DNA of 64,000 nucleotides from Octopus sinensis (Eukaryota), in assembly GCF_006345805.1 (NCBI RefSeq), contig NC_043023.1, forward strand, positions 8,246,001 through 8,310,000. The letters are read 5' to 3'. The number at the start of each line of letters is the position of its first letter. Position 1 is the stretch's first letter. This document shows, in pieces, positions 11,425 to 25,600 of this stretch. The translations under genes were made by a program, and so were the position numbers. Under the pieces are notes generated by a model that worked only from the letters and a program-made list of their open reading frames with translations, was not told the origin of the DNA and did not search any database.

Positions 11425-14400
11425 GAAAATAAGAAAACCAAAACAACACCCAAACACCGATACACACCTGTCTAAAAATCGGAACCTTCACTACTATCAA
11501 AAAAAGAATACAGGACCTAACCCTAACTCTGTAAGCAGCCAGCGATACAATATCAGGAATACCCCCACTTCAAGCAGAGAAAGGATAAATCAACACCCAC
11601 AGCATAGACACTGCAACCTCATCCCCACCCAAAGGAGTTACCAACGAAATCGTCGTCCCATTAACCGGTTAAACAACCATGCACAACAAACCCACACCAC
11701 TTGCAATGATTACCAACGAAGGCCTCCTAGAACACCACACCCGAATATGGGATATCGGGATGCTCTCCTCAATACTGCTCCAAGAACACACACCATAAAT
11801 CACAACAGGAGACCCCTAATCAACAAAGAACAACTATATACTAGCTACCGTCCCAACCACCGCATTCATTTTTTAGACCCAATACGCAAACACAGAGACA
11901 CAAGATAGCACCAAACAAGCAGGAGGAACCAAAAGTAATAAAAATTATTAATCTAACTCACAAGGAACTAACAGCAAACCAAATAAACATACTTTCCAAA
12001 GGACTCAAGTTTACACCCACCCCACAACACCCCAACTACAATGAAATGAAAGAAGACATCGCAGAATTCTGCAGAAAATTAAGACTTACTGAGGAGCTAT
12101 ACGATAAATACAACGAGGACGAATCGTTAGCCAGAAATAGGAGTAACTACACCCCCTCGAAAGGTAAGAATAAAACACTTGATGATTTCTGTGACCACAT
12201 ATCAAATTACCCATATCAACATATGCACAAACAAAAACACAAACCAAACTTCAGCAAAAAAGAATGGGCTGAGTTGAACAAATTAAAACTAGATAAAACA
12301 ATAACAATCAAAGAGGCCGATAAAGGGAGTGCTGTTGTCTTAATGGATACGACATTTTACATAACTTTGGTACTTTCTATGCTGGAAGACACAACATACT
12401 ATGAAAAGGTACAAAACTACAGTCAACAAAAAATAATGAGGGAACTAAAATCCATATTAAACCCATACAAAGCAGGGCTCACCGACAAAGAATATGATTA
12501 TATGACCAATTTCACAAGTAAAACTAGCCAATTCTACGGTATACCTAAGATCCACAAAAGTGAAAAAATAAGCAACGCATGCAAGATAGCTACAGACAAA
12601 ATAATTAAAGTCCCTAATCCTAATGACCTCAAATTGAGACCCATAATAGCAGGTCCCGCATGCGAAACCCACCGCCTCAGTAACTTTTTAGACACCCTGT
12701 TAAAACCACTCCTCAAACATGTCAAAAGCTATATAAGGGACGACTTAGATATGCTCAATCACCTACCGAATACTATAACAAAAACACCATACTGGTATCC
12801 TTCGATGTAGTCAACCTCTACTCCAATATCCCCCACAACCTAGGACTAGAGGCAATCCAATTCTGACTAGAGAATCACGCCAACGAACTACCACACCGCA
12901 TCAAAAAAGAATTTGTGATAGAAGGGGTTAAATTCATCCTGGAAAATAACTTCTTCGCCTTCAATGACAACTTCTACCGACAAAAATCGGGGACTGCGAT
13001 GGGTACACGAATGGCCCCCTCCTTTGCCAACCTAGTCATAGGATACCTAGAGATCAGTCTGTATCGTAAGGCTCTAGAAAGATATGGCAGCCCTTTCTCC
13101 ATCTACATAGAAAACAACTGGAAGAGATATCTAGATGACTGTTTCATCCTTTGGCATAAAAATATAGAAAAACTCATAGAATTCCAGAAAATTTTAAACG
13201 GACTGGACGTAAACATCCAATTCACGATGGAATATAGCCAACAACAACTCCCCTTCCTCGATATCCTCATTAAGAAAGCTAATAATATAATAGAAACAGA
13301 CATATACTATAAGCCTACATACTCTAAGCAATATCTTCCATTCAATTCATGCCACCCCAGACACACCAGGATGAATATCCCCTTCAATCTAGCAAAAAGG
13401 ATATGCACTATAGTCTCTAACGCAAACACCAGAGACACACGACTACAAGAACTAAAAGATACCCTAATCACCAGGAACTATCCACTTCACTTATTGACAA
13501 GTGCATTCAACGTGCCCTTCAACTTAACATCAAGGAACTGAGACATCCCAAATCAAAGAAAAACTTACAACCAAAAGCCTTACCATACATCTCCACACAC
13601 AACCCTCTCAATAACGAAGCCTTCGACACCATCCTCCACAACATACCCCTCCTAAAAAAGACCACAGAATGAACACAATCCTCCAAACACACACGATCAT
13701 AAAAAGCAAAAGACAGCCTAGATCCATGAAAAGTCTCCTTACACAAAACCGAATTCACTCTTCAACACAGAAGCCGACAGTAAAAAAATGTGGAAGACCC
13801 AATTGCGGGATATGCGACTATCTAATCGAGGGTTCTGAGTTCTCCTTCAAACAGGGACAACGGTTTACAGTGAAAAGCAACTTCACATGTGCTTCGGAGA
13901 ACCTAATATACTCACTAACCTGCTGGGTGTCAAGAGCAGTACATAGGCCAAACAAAAAATGGTTTGCGTAAACGAATGGCCCTGCACAGATCCCAGATAA
14001 AAATTCCCCAAAACAGAAAAATAGCTTTTAGCCAACACATAGATACTTGCGCCAACAAAAAAACACCAAACTTCAGAATTTTCCCCCTCTACCAATTTAG
14101 GGACGATACAACCTCGAGACAAAGAATAAGTAAAGAAAATCTCTTTATTACAAAATACAAGCCACTTCTTAACGGGTCTACGACAAACAATTAATATACC
14201 TCAACTTTAGAATAAAAGAAAAATATATATATACACACACAAATACTACACTCCATAGAATCCATTACTAATCAGCCCCTTCATAGCTATATTTACACCC
14301 ATTCATATTCTCCCTTCTCTGTTTTTTTCTTCTTCTTCTTCTTCCTCTTCTTCTTCATCATCATCGTTATCATCATCATCATCGGCGTCATCATCATCGC

Positions 14401-15015
14401 CACCATCATCACCACCATCTTCTCCTTCTCCTCCTTCTTCTTCTTCTTCTTCTTCATCATCATCGTTATCATCATCATCACCACCATCACCATCATCTTC
14501 TCCTTCTCCTTCTCCTTCTTCTTCTTCTTCTTCTTCTTCTCCACCCCCTACCCCTTAAGTTTGTCACTAATGTTTTTTAGTATAACACCTACGCTAATTC
14601 TATAAACAAACCTGTCAATATAAATATTCTCCTGAATTGAACTGAGACTGCCAGCCGCCACTGACCATTCAAAATACGACCATCAGGGCACTCCCAGATT
14701 CTCCCACCCCCCTTTCCTCACCAGCCTTCCCTCTACTACCCTACCAAGAACTCACAACTACCTCGAACACACAAGTGCAAACAAGGGAGTCAGAGAAAGG
14801 CAGAATGCCACTAAATCTGAACACTACTATAGAAATATTCTTTTAAAAAAACTTTTCTTCTAATTTTTCTAAATTTAATTATTTAATCGTTACAGTTGAA
14901 AAGGTCTCAAAATGACCGAAACCGGTACTGAAATGTTCACTATAAAATTATTTTAGCATTTTCTATTTTTTACTTGTTTTTTCATATATATCAACTCGTG
15001 TGTTCCTTTTCACCC
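11425..15015 (+). mobile_element. Near-full-length, disrupted Penelope-like element, Neptune-type (RT plus C-terminal GIY-YIG)
   Basis: NLTHKELT...LSKGLKFTPTP, FYGIPKIHK, LRPII, LVSFDVVNLYSNIP, GTAMGTRMAPSFAN, RYLDDCF, LPFLDI and YYKPT; then linker CGRPNCGIC and EN NLIYSLTC...YIGQT...RMALH. Frameshifts near 12780, 13520, 13660 and 13930. Both flanks are (TA)n. Confidence 0.93.
14893..14930 (+). ncRNA. Minimal type-I hammerhead with U3-A8 core variant
   Basis: CAG-TTGAAAA-GGTC-TCAAAAT-GACC-GAAA-CCGG-TA-CTG. Helix I is 3 bp, helix II is 4 bp, helix III is the palindrome ACCGGT, and the site is GUA. Confidence 0.7.
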
Positions 15016-15051
15016 GTATACATACATATATATATATATATAGATATATAT

Positions 15052-15087
<36 letters not shown>

Positions 15088-15506
15088 GTAATTATATATA
15101 TATATATAATTATATAATATATATATATATATATACATATGTATGTATATATATATATATAATATAACATATGTATGTATATATATATATATATACATAT
15201 GTATGTATATATATATATTATATATATCATATGTATGTATATATATATATATTATATATATGTATATATGGATTATATATATATATAAATGTATATATAT
15301 ATATATATATCTATACATATGTATGTATATATATATATATATGTATATGTATATATGGATTATATATATATATATATAAATGTATATATATATATATATT
15401 ATAATTATATATATATATATACATATGTATGTATATATATATATATATGTATATGTAATATGGATTATATTATATATACTGTATATTATATATATATACA
15501 TATATA

Positions 15507-15558
<52 letters not shown>

Positions 15559-15772
15559 CATGTATATAAATTAGAGAAGGACCACCATGTAGCAATTCAA
15601 CAATGATATACTTAATCATACCATACAGAAAAAAATTAAAGATACGATAAAACATTTACTAGAACTAAATAAGTACGAAATAATTAATAAATAAATAGTA
15701 TATAATTAGTGAGGATGTGTTTCAGTTTTCATTTGTGAAGGTATGTTTATGCACATGTAATTATTATATATA

Positions 15773-16746
15773 TGTAGTGGATTTGGCAAGCATGAAGTGG
15801 ATCGATCCACCACAGCCAAATTTAAATTAACAATGCAACAGAAGATAGAGATATAAGCACAGTTATATGTGCAGCCTACTTATTGTCTCTACTTATTCCG
15901 CGCCACTGGCCAAAGCCAACCAATCACGGCCTTTGGTTAAAGTCCCCTTTTCCTAGGATCTGTTGAGCCACCTTACTTGTATATAAAGGAGTGTTCTCAG
16001 TATACTTGGGTCTTTGGTTCTAGTCCTTCTAAGGACTAACCTCTGACCACAGAGCTACTCAACATGTTCCAGTCACAGCGACAGACGATCACCCACGACG
16101 ACGCTAATGTACATCCGCTACAGAACGCCTTCTATCTCCGCCGCCGTCGTCACCATCTTTGTACCAACTTCAAGTCGTCTCAACCATCGTCCACTTCAGA
16201 CATATACACTCCAACTTCACAGATCCGCGCTGTTAGAGTGAATCCCTTCACCAAGTAGAAACAGTCCATCTGAAGAATTCTATATTAAGAGAACCAGCTC
16301 GGCGATTGAGACCACGACCTCGGCTCGACAATAATTCGCCCAACCGGTCTCCGCCCGAGACACATCTTGATATTGAACTCATACATATCGTGTACCTTAT
16401 GAACTGTAAACCAATTTCCATCATTAACTCTATGCTCTGTACTTTCTGTGTCACACGCATTCACCCTTATTGTATCTGTCACACACACACGAACACACAG
16501 ACACAAACACTTGTTGAATGCACACATACACAACACTTGCTACCACTCACAACCTTCTAACCTTAACACCATTGTAAATAAAATCTTATCTTCTCTCAAA
16601 CAGTGGAACGGCTCGTCGTCTTTCATCTATATTCTGTTGGCACTGCATTGTATAAATTGTATTTATGGCTTATCTTATTTCGTTAGGGATGCGACCGTGT
16701 GACTTACCTACGTCGCCAACCTCCACATACGGTCGTATTTCCTACA
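15773..16746 (+). mobile_element. Putative solo LTR of an LTR retrotransposon
   Basis: Starts TGTAG and ends CTACA. It contains CCAAT (~15919), TATATAAAG (~15980) and AATAAA (~16577), with microsatellite on both sides. No clear TSD. Confidence 0.5.
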
Positions 16747-17101
16747 CATGTATGTATATAAGTATATATGTATGTGTATGTATTTATATATATATGTATG
16801 TACGTGTGTGTGCATGCATGCATGTATATATATATGCATGCATATATGTATGTATACGTATGCATGTATGCAAATATATATGTATCTCTGCATCTATGTA
16901 TGTTTGTAAGTATATATGTACGTATGCATGTCTGTATGTACGCATATATGTATGTATGTGTGTATGTTTGTATGTATACATGTAATTATGTATGTATGCA
17001 TGCCTGTATGTATACCTGCACGTAGCACGTATGTACGTATGTATTTATATGTGCATTTCTCTGTGTCTATGAATATATATATATACATACATACATATAT
17101 A

Positions 17102-17162
<61 letters not shown>

Positions 17163-17233
17163 TGAAAGTGAGAGAAAAAGAGAGAAATACGTATGTACAT
17201 ATATATATGTGTGTGTGTGTATATATATATATA

Positions 17234-17290
<57 letters not shown>

Positions 17291-18319
17291 GAGAGAGAGA
17301 GAGAGAGAGAAAGAAGGGGAGGGAGAGAGAAGGAGATAATGATAATGCGTGTTGTGGTTGTGTACACATGGTGTTCCGAAATTAAGACAACCAAAGTTTC
17401 GGACTTTGATAACAATCAATAGATGCGATAAGATATGAAAACCATACATCATTATAAAAGCTTATTGTGTCTTGTGTTTGCTTCAGACTAAATAAATTCA
17501 CATTTATAGATTAGATAATGGTTATAGACCGAAATACAACCATAATACTCCACAAGGAGGCGAAAGTAATACAACTATAACCTGTCTATCGCATAAAACT
17601 CAATTTTCCCCACATTCCTCACCATGGCAACCAAACGGTAGCCCCGAGCGACTTGCAACCCCCCTCATACCATTGCCCACCGCATTTTACCGCCCAGTAT
17701 AAATTTTGGGGCCAATCTGACTCCATCTACAGCTCCCATCCCAAAATGAGACAAATAACCAAGAAATCAAACAACTTTTTCGCATTTCAGCTTCATAGAT
17801 ATTGATAATGGATATAGACATAAATACAATCATAACAGTCTACAAGGAGGCGAAGGTGTAACACAACTATAGCAAAAGATTTTTTAGAAGTAACTGAACA
17901 ACAGTCTAGAAAATTGTCAAAAAATTTTAAGAGATTGATTCCACGGCTGGGCGCCCTGGACGTGGCCAAAAAAGAAATGTGCGGACCCTTCAGCTTATCA
18001 AATGTATCAAAGAGAAGACACGGTGAAATCTTCGTCGTTCCCTCAGAAAACTGGATGCTACAGTAAAAATAAGCTGAACATCGGTGTATCCAAGCGCTGA
18101 AGGAGTGTCTCAGGACCCAACGATAAAAGATGATCCGTTGTCATGAGCTCACACAAGTTTACAAAGCCATGGAACTGGAGAGGAATCGTCTTAGCATGCG
18201 TGAAATTGTTGATGAAAAGGAATTTGACACCGAATAGACAGTAAACTAGCAGAATGGCCAGCCTTGGTGTGTATCTAGCTCCGTCGAGGGTGGATCGATA
18301 AATTGACGTCAATATGTGA

Positions 18320-18960
18320 TGTTTGCGTACTACTTCCAACATAAAACCGAGCGACCATATCCATAACAGTGAGGTACTATCAAAATGCAGCATATCAGGT
18401 ACTAGAGCCATCCTCATCACCATACAGCTGAGATGGTCAGGTCATCTCTCACGTATTCCAAAGCAACTTCTCTTAGGCCAATTCCTATAAGGAAGGTCAG
18501 TTGGAAGGTCACTCCTACGCTTCAAAGGCAAACTAAAAAAACAATCTGAAGCGATGCAACATGCCCATTTCTCCCTGGGAAACCAAAGGACCGGATCACA
18601 GAAGCTAGTACTAGACCTTCTTCTCGTCAGGTTTGAGAATAATCGGCTCCAACAACGGTAACAACTTCGTGCAAGCATAAAAGTACGCTGGCAAAACACT
18701 GCTCCACTAAATAGAAACCTCGCGTGTCATTGTGGTTTTGGGACACGAAGCAAAGCAGGCTTTATTGTCCGCTGAAGAAAACACATGGTAAATGATCCAG
18801 AAGCACTGAAACAAAGTGAGCACTCAACTGGTTTGATTTGCCAAAAGATTTTCAAGGCAACAGGGGGCATCAAGAGACACATTCGCACCGAAAGAACATG
18901 GTTAACGCTTTATTTTACTGAACCTCCATTTGTCGTTCACGACAAGATTTCATCTTGTGT
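18320..18960 (+). mobile_element. RTE (BovB-like) LINE 3' fragment, a different family from 8876-10622
   Basis: CLRTTSNIKPSDHIHNSEVLSKCSISGTRAILITIQLRWSGHLSRIPKQLLLGQ...GRSLLRFK, then a C-terminal Zn-finger-like [18 protein letters not shown]. Confidence 0.75.
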
Positions 18961-18961
18961 G

Positions 18962-18995
<34 letters not shown>

Positions 18996-19047
18996 TACAT
19001 ATATACATACATACATATATACATACATATATATATATATATGTATG

Positions 19048-19274
<227 letters not shown>

Positions 19275-19284
19275 ACATACATAT

Positions 19285-19607
19285 ATAAAGACCCCCTTCG
19301 TCATGAATGACCATGGGATTGCACCTAGAGAGTTACCCTCCTAGACACAAGTCCGGCAAGGTTGTTTATGGAAGACCAGCAGTCGCCCATGCATACCAGC
19401 CTCCCCTCTCCACGCCACCAGTGTTATCCAAGGAAAGACAAAGGTCGATACAGCTTGGCACCAGTAACGTCGCAACTCATTTCTACAGCTGAGTGAACTG
19501 GAGCAACGTGAAATAAAGTGCTCAAGAACACAACACGCAGCCCGGTCCGGGATTCGAGCTCACAACCTCGATCGTAAGCTCGACGCTCTAACCACTGAGC
19601 CATGCGC
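19285..19607 (-). mobile_element. tRNA-derived SINE (family C)
   Basis: Head GCGCATGGCTCAGTGGTTAGAGCG (A box) ... GAGCTCGAATCC (B box), then core TGTGTTCTTGAGCA...CAGTTCACTCAGCTGTA. Confidence 0.8.
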
Positions 19608-20660
19608 ACACACACATATATATATATATGCATATATGTATGTATTGTATATAATTATAATATATATATATAATATATATATATATAATATATATACATA
19701 TATATATACATGTATATATATCACACAGACACACACACTTACGTGCGCAAGCACGCGCACGCACACACATGCACACATACACACGCGCTCGAAGACACCA
19801 GGCGTGCGCGCACGCACGTACACACACGCACGCACGTACACACACGCACACGCACACACACGTACACACATATATTTCCATATCTGTGACTTGTGTTTGT
19901 CCCTGGTCACCGCTTCATTTTCGGTTTTGGCTGTTGACGTCATCGTAACTTAGCAATTCGACAAAAGGAGAACGAAGGAATGAGTAGCAGTCTGAAGAGA
20001 GATAAGCCCAGCCGTCGGTGAGTGTGAGTAAACACGTTGATGTGGTGCTCCAGCATGGTGGTTGTCCAAGAATTGAAACATGTAAAGGTCGAACGATAAA
20101 ATCTATTTTGCAGATAAATTGTGTCAAGGGAGAGAACTCTCTAATCTAAACCAACTATACTTAAGAGTAGTCTCCCTTAACAGGTTAATTTCAGAAAATG
20201 GCAGACAAGCGGTTTCGAGGCATTGTTCAAGGGATATAACTCCCGTACAATATATTTGTGAGTAGTCTCCCTTAACACCAAACGATATGTCAGCGTTATA
20301 GTGCAGAGGGTGAGAGATGGAGATGGAGAGAGACAGACAGACAAACAGTCGGACAGACACGTAAATCGGTGAGTGAAGGATAGACACATATTCTGTGTCA
20401 TTCCATAAACAATGCGGGTTTTTTAAAATTTATTTTTCAAAATTAAGATAGGCAGAGTTTTTGTAAAATCTGAAATTTTCTACATATATATATATGTGTG
20501 TGTGCGTGTATGTATATCTGTGTGTGTGTATATATATTTATATATATATGTGGGTGTATATATATTTATATATTTATATGTATATATATATATATATATC
20601 TAACACTCACACCACACGCATATATATATATATATATATATTAAATATACGTATGTAAGT

Positions 20661-20705
<45 letters not shown>

Positions 20706-20761
20706 TATATATATATATATATGATTAAATATATGTATAAGTATATATATATATATAATAT

Positions 20762-20794
<33 letters not shown>

Positions 20795-21003
20795 CATACA
20801 TATATATATACACGTATTAATATATTTTTTTTCTTCATTTCATTCCATCTAATTTCAGCTCATGAGCTGTGGCCATGCTGGGGCACCGCCATTTCAAAAT
20901 TTGTCAACAACCTGCCATGGGACTTGAACCGAGATCCCTTGGAGATGTATATATGTATGTATATATATGCATACATACATACATTCATATATAATACATA
21001 TAT

Positions 21004-21047
<44 letters not shown>

Positions 21048-21061
21048 TATATATATATGTA

Positions 21062-21262
21062 GGTCCCGGGTTGATTCGGGGTTAACCACAGTAAATAAGG
21101 TACTCAATACATAGCAGAGTAAAATTAATTTATTATATAGAAGGAGCTTCTACAGGACTAGAACTGTTTCATTCAAGAGAAATCTTCAGGAAGCTTCCTG
21201 AAGATTTCTCTTGAATGAAACAGTTCTAGTTGTAGAAGCTCTTTCTATATAATAAATTAATT
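21062..21262. mobile_element. PLE pLTR remnant folded back into a spacerless palindrome of about 140 bp
   Basis: Arms 21123-21193 and 21194-21262 are centred on AAGCTT. The right arm has CTGAAGA-TTTCTCTTGAAT-GAAACAGTT, which is hammerhead-like. Confidence 0.65.
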
Positions 21263-21915
21263 ATATATATATATATATATTTACAAAACGTACTGGAAAG
21301 AGGATGCGTGACGTATGTTGTGTGTGTTATATATATATATATATGTATGTCTTATGTATGAATGTAGGGAGGTAGGGAGGTACATACAGTAATGCCTCGA
21401 TATACAAGTTAATTTCTTCCCAGAGATCGCTCGTAAAGCGAAAACTCGCAAAACGGTGCCATAATTTCCCATAATAGCAATGTTATAAGTCGTTCCCAGA
21501 AAAATAATTTATAATACTCGAAAATAAATGACAATGAAACAACAGCAGAATGTAAAGAATATTTTATGTAAAGTAAAACGAATGTTGAGATCATTATAAT
21601 AAGAAGTATTATTATTAGAATTGTTTTCTGAATCACTGTCACTCGCATTAGACTCACGCACACCATCACTTGAAAATGTGATCACCGATTCACAAGCACT
21701 CGTAGACGGACTTGTAGATTTCTTTTTAAAACACAAGTCTAGAATTGTTTGCTTAGAAGTCTCTTTTTCTTTTCACTCTCTATAAATTTCTTGGTAACAC
21801 ACACAAGCATTTGTTATGGTAGAGGTCTCGAAATTTAAGTGCATTTTCAGCAACACATTTTCCTATATATTTCTTTTCCAGCTTGGAAACACCACTCCCT
21901 CTTCTGCTAAATAAA

Positions 21916-21919
<4 letters not shown>

Positions 21920-21951
<32 letters not shown>

Positions 21952-22059
21952 TGTATGTATGTATGTATGTATGTATGTATGTATGTATGTATGTATGTAT
22001 GTATGTATGTATGTATGTATGTATGTATGTATGTATGTGTGCGTGTGTGTATGTATGTA

Positions 22060-22095
<36 letters not shown>

Positions 22096-22099
22096 GGTA

Positions 22100-22135
<36 letters not shown>

Positions 22136-22663
22136 TGTGTGTATGTATGTATGTATGTATGTGTGTATGTATGTATGTATGTATGTGTGTATGTATGTAT
22201 GTGTGTGCGCGTGCGTGTGTGTGTATGTATGTATGTTTGTATGCATGTATGTATGTATGTGTGTGTATGTATGTATGTATGTATGTGTGTGTGTGTATGT
22301 ATGTATGTATGTATGTATGTGTGTGTGTGTGTATGTATGTATGTTTGTATGCATGTATGTATATATATGTGTGTATATATGTATGTATGTATGTACGTAT
22401 GTATGTATGTATGTATGTGTGTATATATGTATGTATGTATGTATGCATGCATGTGTGTGTATGTGTGTGTGTATGTCTGTCTGTATGTATGTATGTATGT
22501 GTGTATGTATGTAAGTATGTGTGTATGTATGTAAATATGTGTGTATGTATGTATGTATATATGTATGTATGTGTGTATTTATGTATGTATGTGTGTATGT
22601 ATGTGTGTATGTATGTATTTATGTATGTATGTATGTATGTATGTATGTATGTATGTATGTATG
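21920..22663. repeat. (TATG)n microsatellite
   Basis: Visible directly in the sequence. Confidence 0.97.
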
Positions 22664-25600
22664 TTAGTTAGTTAAGTTAGTTAATTTTTTGGCTCATAAG
22701 CAAAAAGCAATGCCATGTAGGGGGACATGGAGTTAAGTACAGGGTGGTGTTCATGTAAAGAGTTCAGGCCACTTGAGGTCAAGGGAGACTTTGAACAAAG
22801 CGGTCGTCGGCATCTTCACCATCTCGTCTGGCAGCTTGTTCCACGGATCCGCAACCCGGACGGAGAAAGCTCCTCTCCTTCGATTGAGATGAAATCGTCG
22901 CAGGTAGAGCTTTTCGGAGTGACCCCGCAGCCGACGCTCTGGAGCAGGAGTGAAGAACAGCTCTTTCGAGAGGTTACACTTTCCACTTATGATGTTGTGA
23001 GCGAGAATGAGATCACCACGGCGGCGGCGTTTTTCTAGAGAATAAAGGTCGAGCGTCTTCAGCCTTTCTTCATAAGTCAAATTCTTGAGACCATGAACCA
23101 TGCGGGTAGCCAGCTTCTGGACTCTTTCGAGATGCTGTATGTCTTTGAGGAGATAAGGAGAAGAGTCTTGAATCCCGTACTCCAATATGGGTCTCACCAG
23201 TGTGACATAGAGCGGTAGGAATATGGCTGCTGTGAACAGAATTCCGCGTGCTTTGTTGGCAGCACGAACGCACTGGGCCGAAGGCGAAAAGGAGGAATCC
23301 ACCAAGATACCCAGGTCCTTTACCTGATCGGTCCTCTCCAGCAGCAGACGACCCGGCTCAAAATCAAGTTGAGTTGCAGGAGGAGAGCCAACAGGCAGAT
23401 GACAGCACTTTGACACGTTCAGACACAGGTCCCATTCGTTAGACCACCTCCAAATTTGGTGGAGGCATCGACGAAGATACTCTATATCACCGCGAGGAGC
23501 GACCAGTTTGACATCGTCGGCAAATAGAAGGGTGTGTTGCGTGAGGTCGTCGGGCAAGTCATTTATGAAGACTAAGAACAATAAGGGCCCATGCACTGAA
23601 CCTTGAGGCACGCCACTGCTGGCACTGGAGATGTCGGGCCGCGAACCATTAACTTGGACTTGGAAGGAGCGATCTGAGAGGAAGGCACCAACCCATCGTA
23701 CAATATCAGGATGGAAACTATATGCTTGAAGCTCGACAAGTAATAGGCGGTGGTTTATTGAGTCAAAAGCTTTGGCAAAGACCAATAAAACGATGTCAAC
23801 AGCATCACTCTCATCGATGATGCGCATCACCAATTCTTCCATTACCAGTAAGTTGGTCAAGCATGATCTCTTCGGCACGAAGCCGTGTTGGGAATCAGAG
23901 ATAGAGGCTGTGTTTTGGAGGTGGAGCATCATACTTTTCTTAAGGATGGTTTCGAACATCTTGCTGATTATTGATGTAAGGGAAACCGGTCGGTAGTTAA
24001 GCGGGTCTTCGCGGCTCCCTTTCTTGAAAATTGGGCATATTATCGCTGTTCTCCAGTCCGCAGGTATAACACCCGTCGCCAATGACATATTGAATAGACA
24101 TGTTAAGGGCTCGCAGATGACCGGAGCCAACGCTTTGATAACCCGTGGGTGTATGCCGTCACGGCCGTGACCCTTGTTGACATCGAGGCCTTGAATAACA
24201 CGTTTGACATCGTCCCGCGTGATGACCAATCGAAGCATTGGAGGTACCGATCTATCAAATGGAGGGGGTTCACGACCATCATCTTGTTTGAAAATAGTTG
24301 AAAAAGCCTCGGCAAATAATTGACTCTGTTGATAAGGGCCTCAATCGATACGCCTATTGAGTCTACCAACGTTGCAATTTGGTTGTTCAAGCGGGAATTC
24401 CGTTGGACATGGGCAAAGAAGGTTTTTGGATTGCTACTGGCGTTTGCCGCGATTTTGTATTCATAACTGAAGCGTTCTTCCTTTTCAATTTTCACGGCTC
24501 GGTCTCGTTGAGTTTTGTACACCTCAAAAGCTGCAGTCGAATCCAGATTTTTGAATTCAGCCCAAGCAATATCTCTGAGTCGAAGTTCTCGTTTAACCTT
24601 CTTCGTCACCCAGGGCTTGTGTTTCTTCTTCTTGGGAAGCCCAACGGGAACTGCCTGGTCAGTCAACCAGATTACATATGCTTTGAGGGATGACCATAGT
24701 TCGTCAACTGAGGACAACGTCATCAGGGATCGCCAGTCCAGAAGCGCGGAAGCCTCGGTTAGAATTTCAAGATTAATTGCAGAGAAGACTCTACGTGGCA
24801 GCGAAGTAGTCGTGGGCGCAGAAAAAGTTGTGTGCATGACGAACTTCAGGACCGCATGATCAGTCTTGGCAAGAGGGGCGCACACAGATACGTCTGACAC
24901 TGATCTTGGGTAGCGGAGAATAACAGATCCAGCATAGATGGCTGATGCCCAGACCGATGCCTTGTCGGATATTCAACATGTTGCGATAGAAAACAATTTT
25001 CAGCCACGTCAAGAAAGGCCTGGCCGAACCGGGAAGACGATGTACAAATTGATGCGGGCCAATCGATCGTGGGAGCGTTGAAGTCTCCTAATATCAAACA
25101 GTCATGAGAAGCTGAAACGAATCTTATCTCTTTGAGTAAATGAGCATCGTCCTGGGGGTCGGCAAGAGGCGGCCTGTAGACAGCTAACACAGGCAGGCAA
25201 AACTCGGATAGGCTCAGCTTGCAATAGACGGCATCGAATTTTGTTGTAGGTTGAGCATTAGTGGGTAGAATACCGCTGGACGGTTTGAGATCAGATTTAA
25301 CATACACAACAACACCTCCACCTCGCCTTTTTTCTCTGTCACATCTGAAGAGGACGTAGCCCTGTAGGTGGATTTCTGAGTCCTTTACTGCTGGAGTCAG
25401 CCAAGTCTCGGTGATAGCTATCACATCAGGGAGTCACGCATGGCCAGTGTAAATAGTTCGCTGAACTTTGGAAATAAGGAGCACGAGTTGGTATAGACGA
25501 TGCTGAGCTGTGAAGTTTGAGGGGCAGGAGTTGGGGAACAAGCAGAATAAGGGGTATCAGAGATAGCATCGTTGACGGGGGTATCTACTTTACTTCGATT

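Noticed and set aside
12864-12866. In-frame TGA in the PLE RT as possible selenocysteine (known in some Naiad PLEs)
   Set aside because: It falls where Trp is expected (EAIxF/YWL), and the copy has several other frameshifts. A TGG-to-TGA mutation is simpler.
14293-14544. Poly-Lys/Met ORF
   Set aside because: Translation of (TTC)n/(CAT)n tracts in the PLE 3' UTR.
17490-17875. Roughly 90-bp diverged direct repeat (~17500 and ~17790)
   Set aside because: Too decayed to assign; no motif or coding signal recognised.
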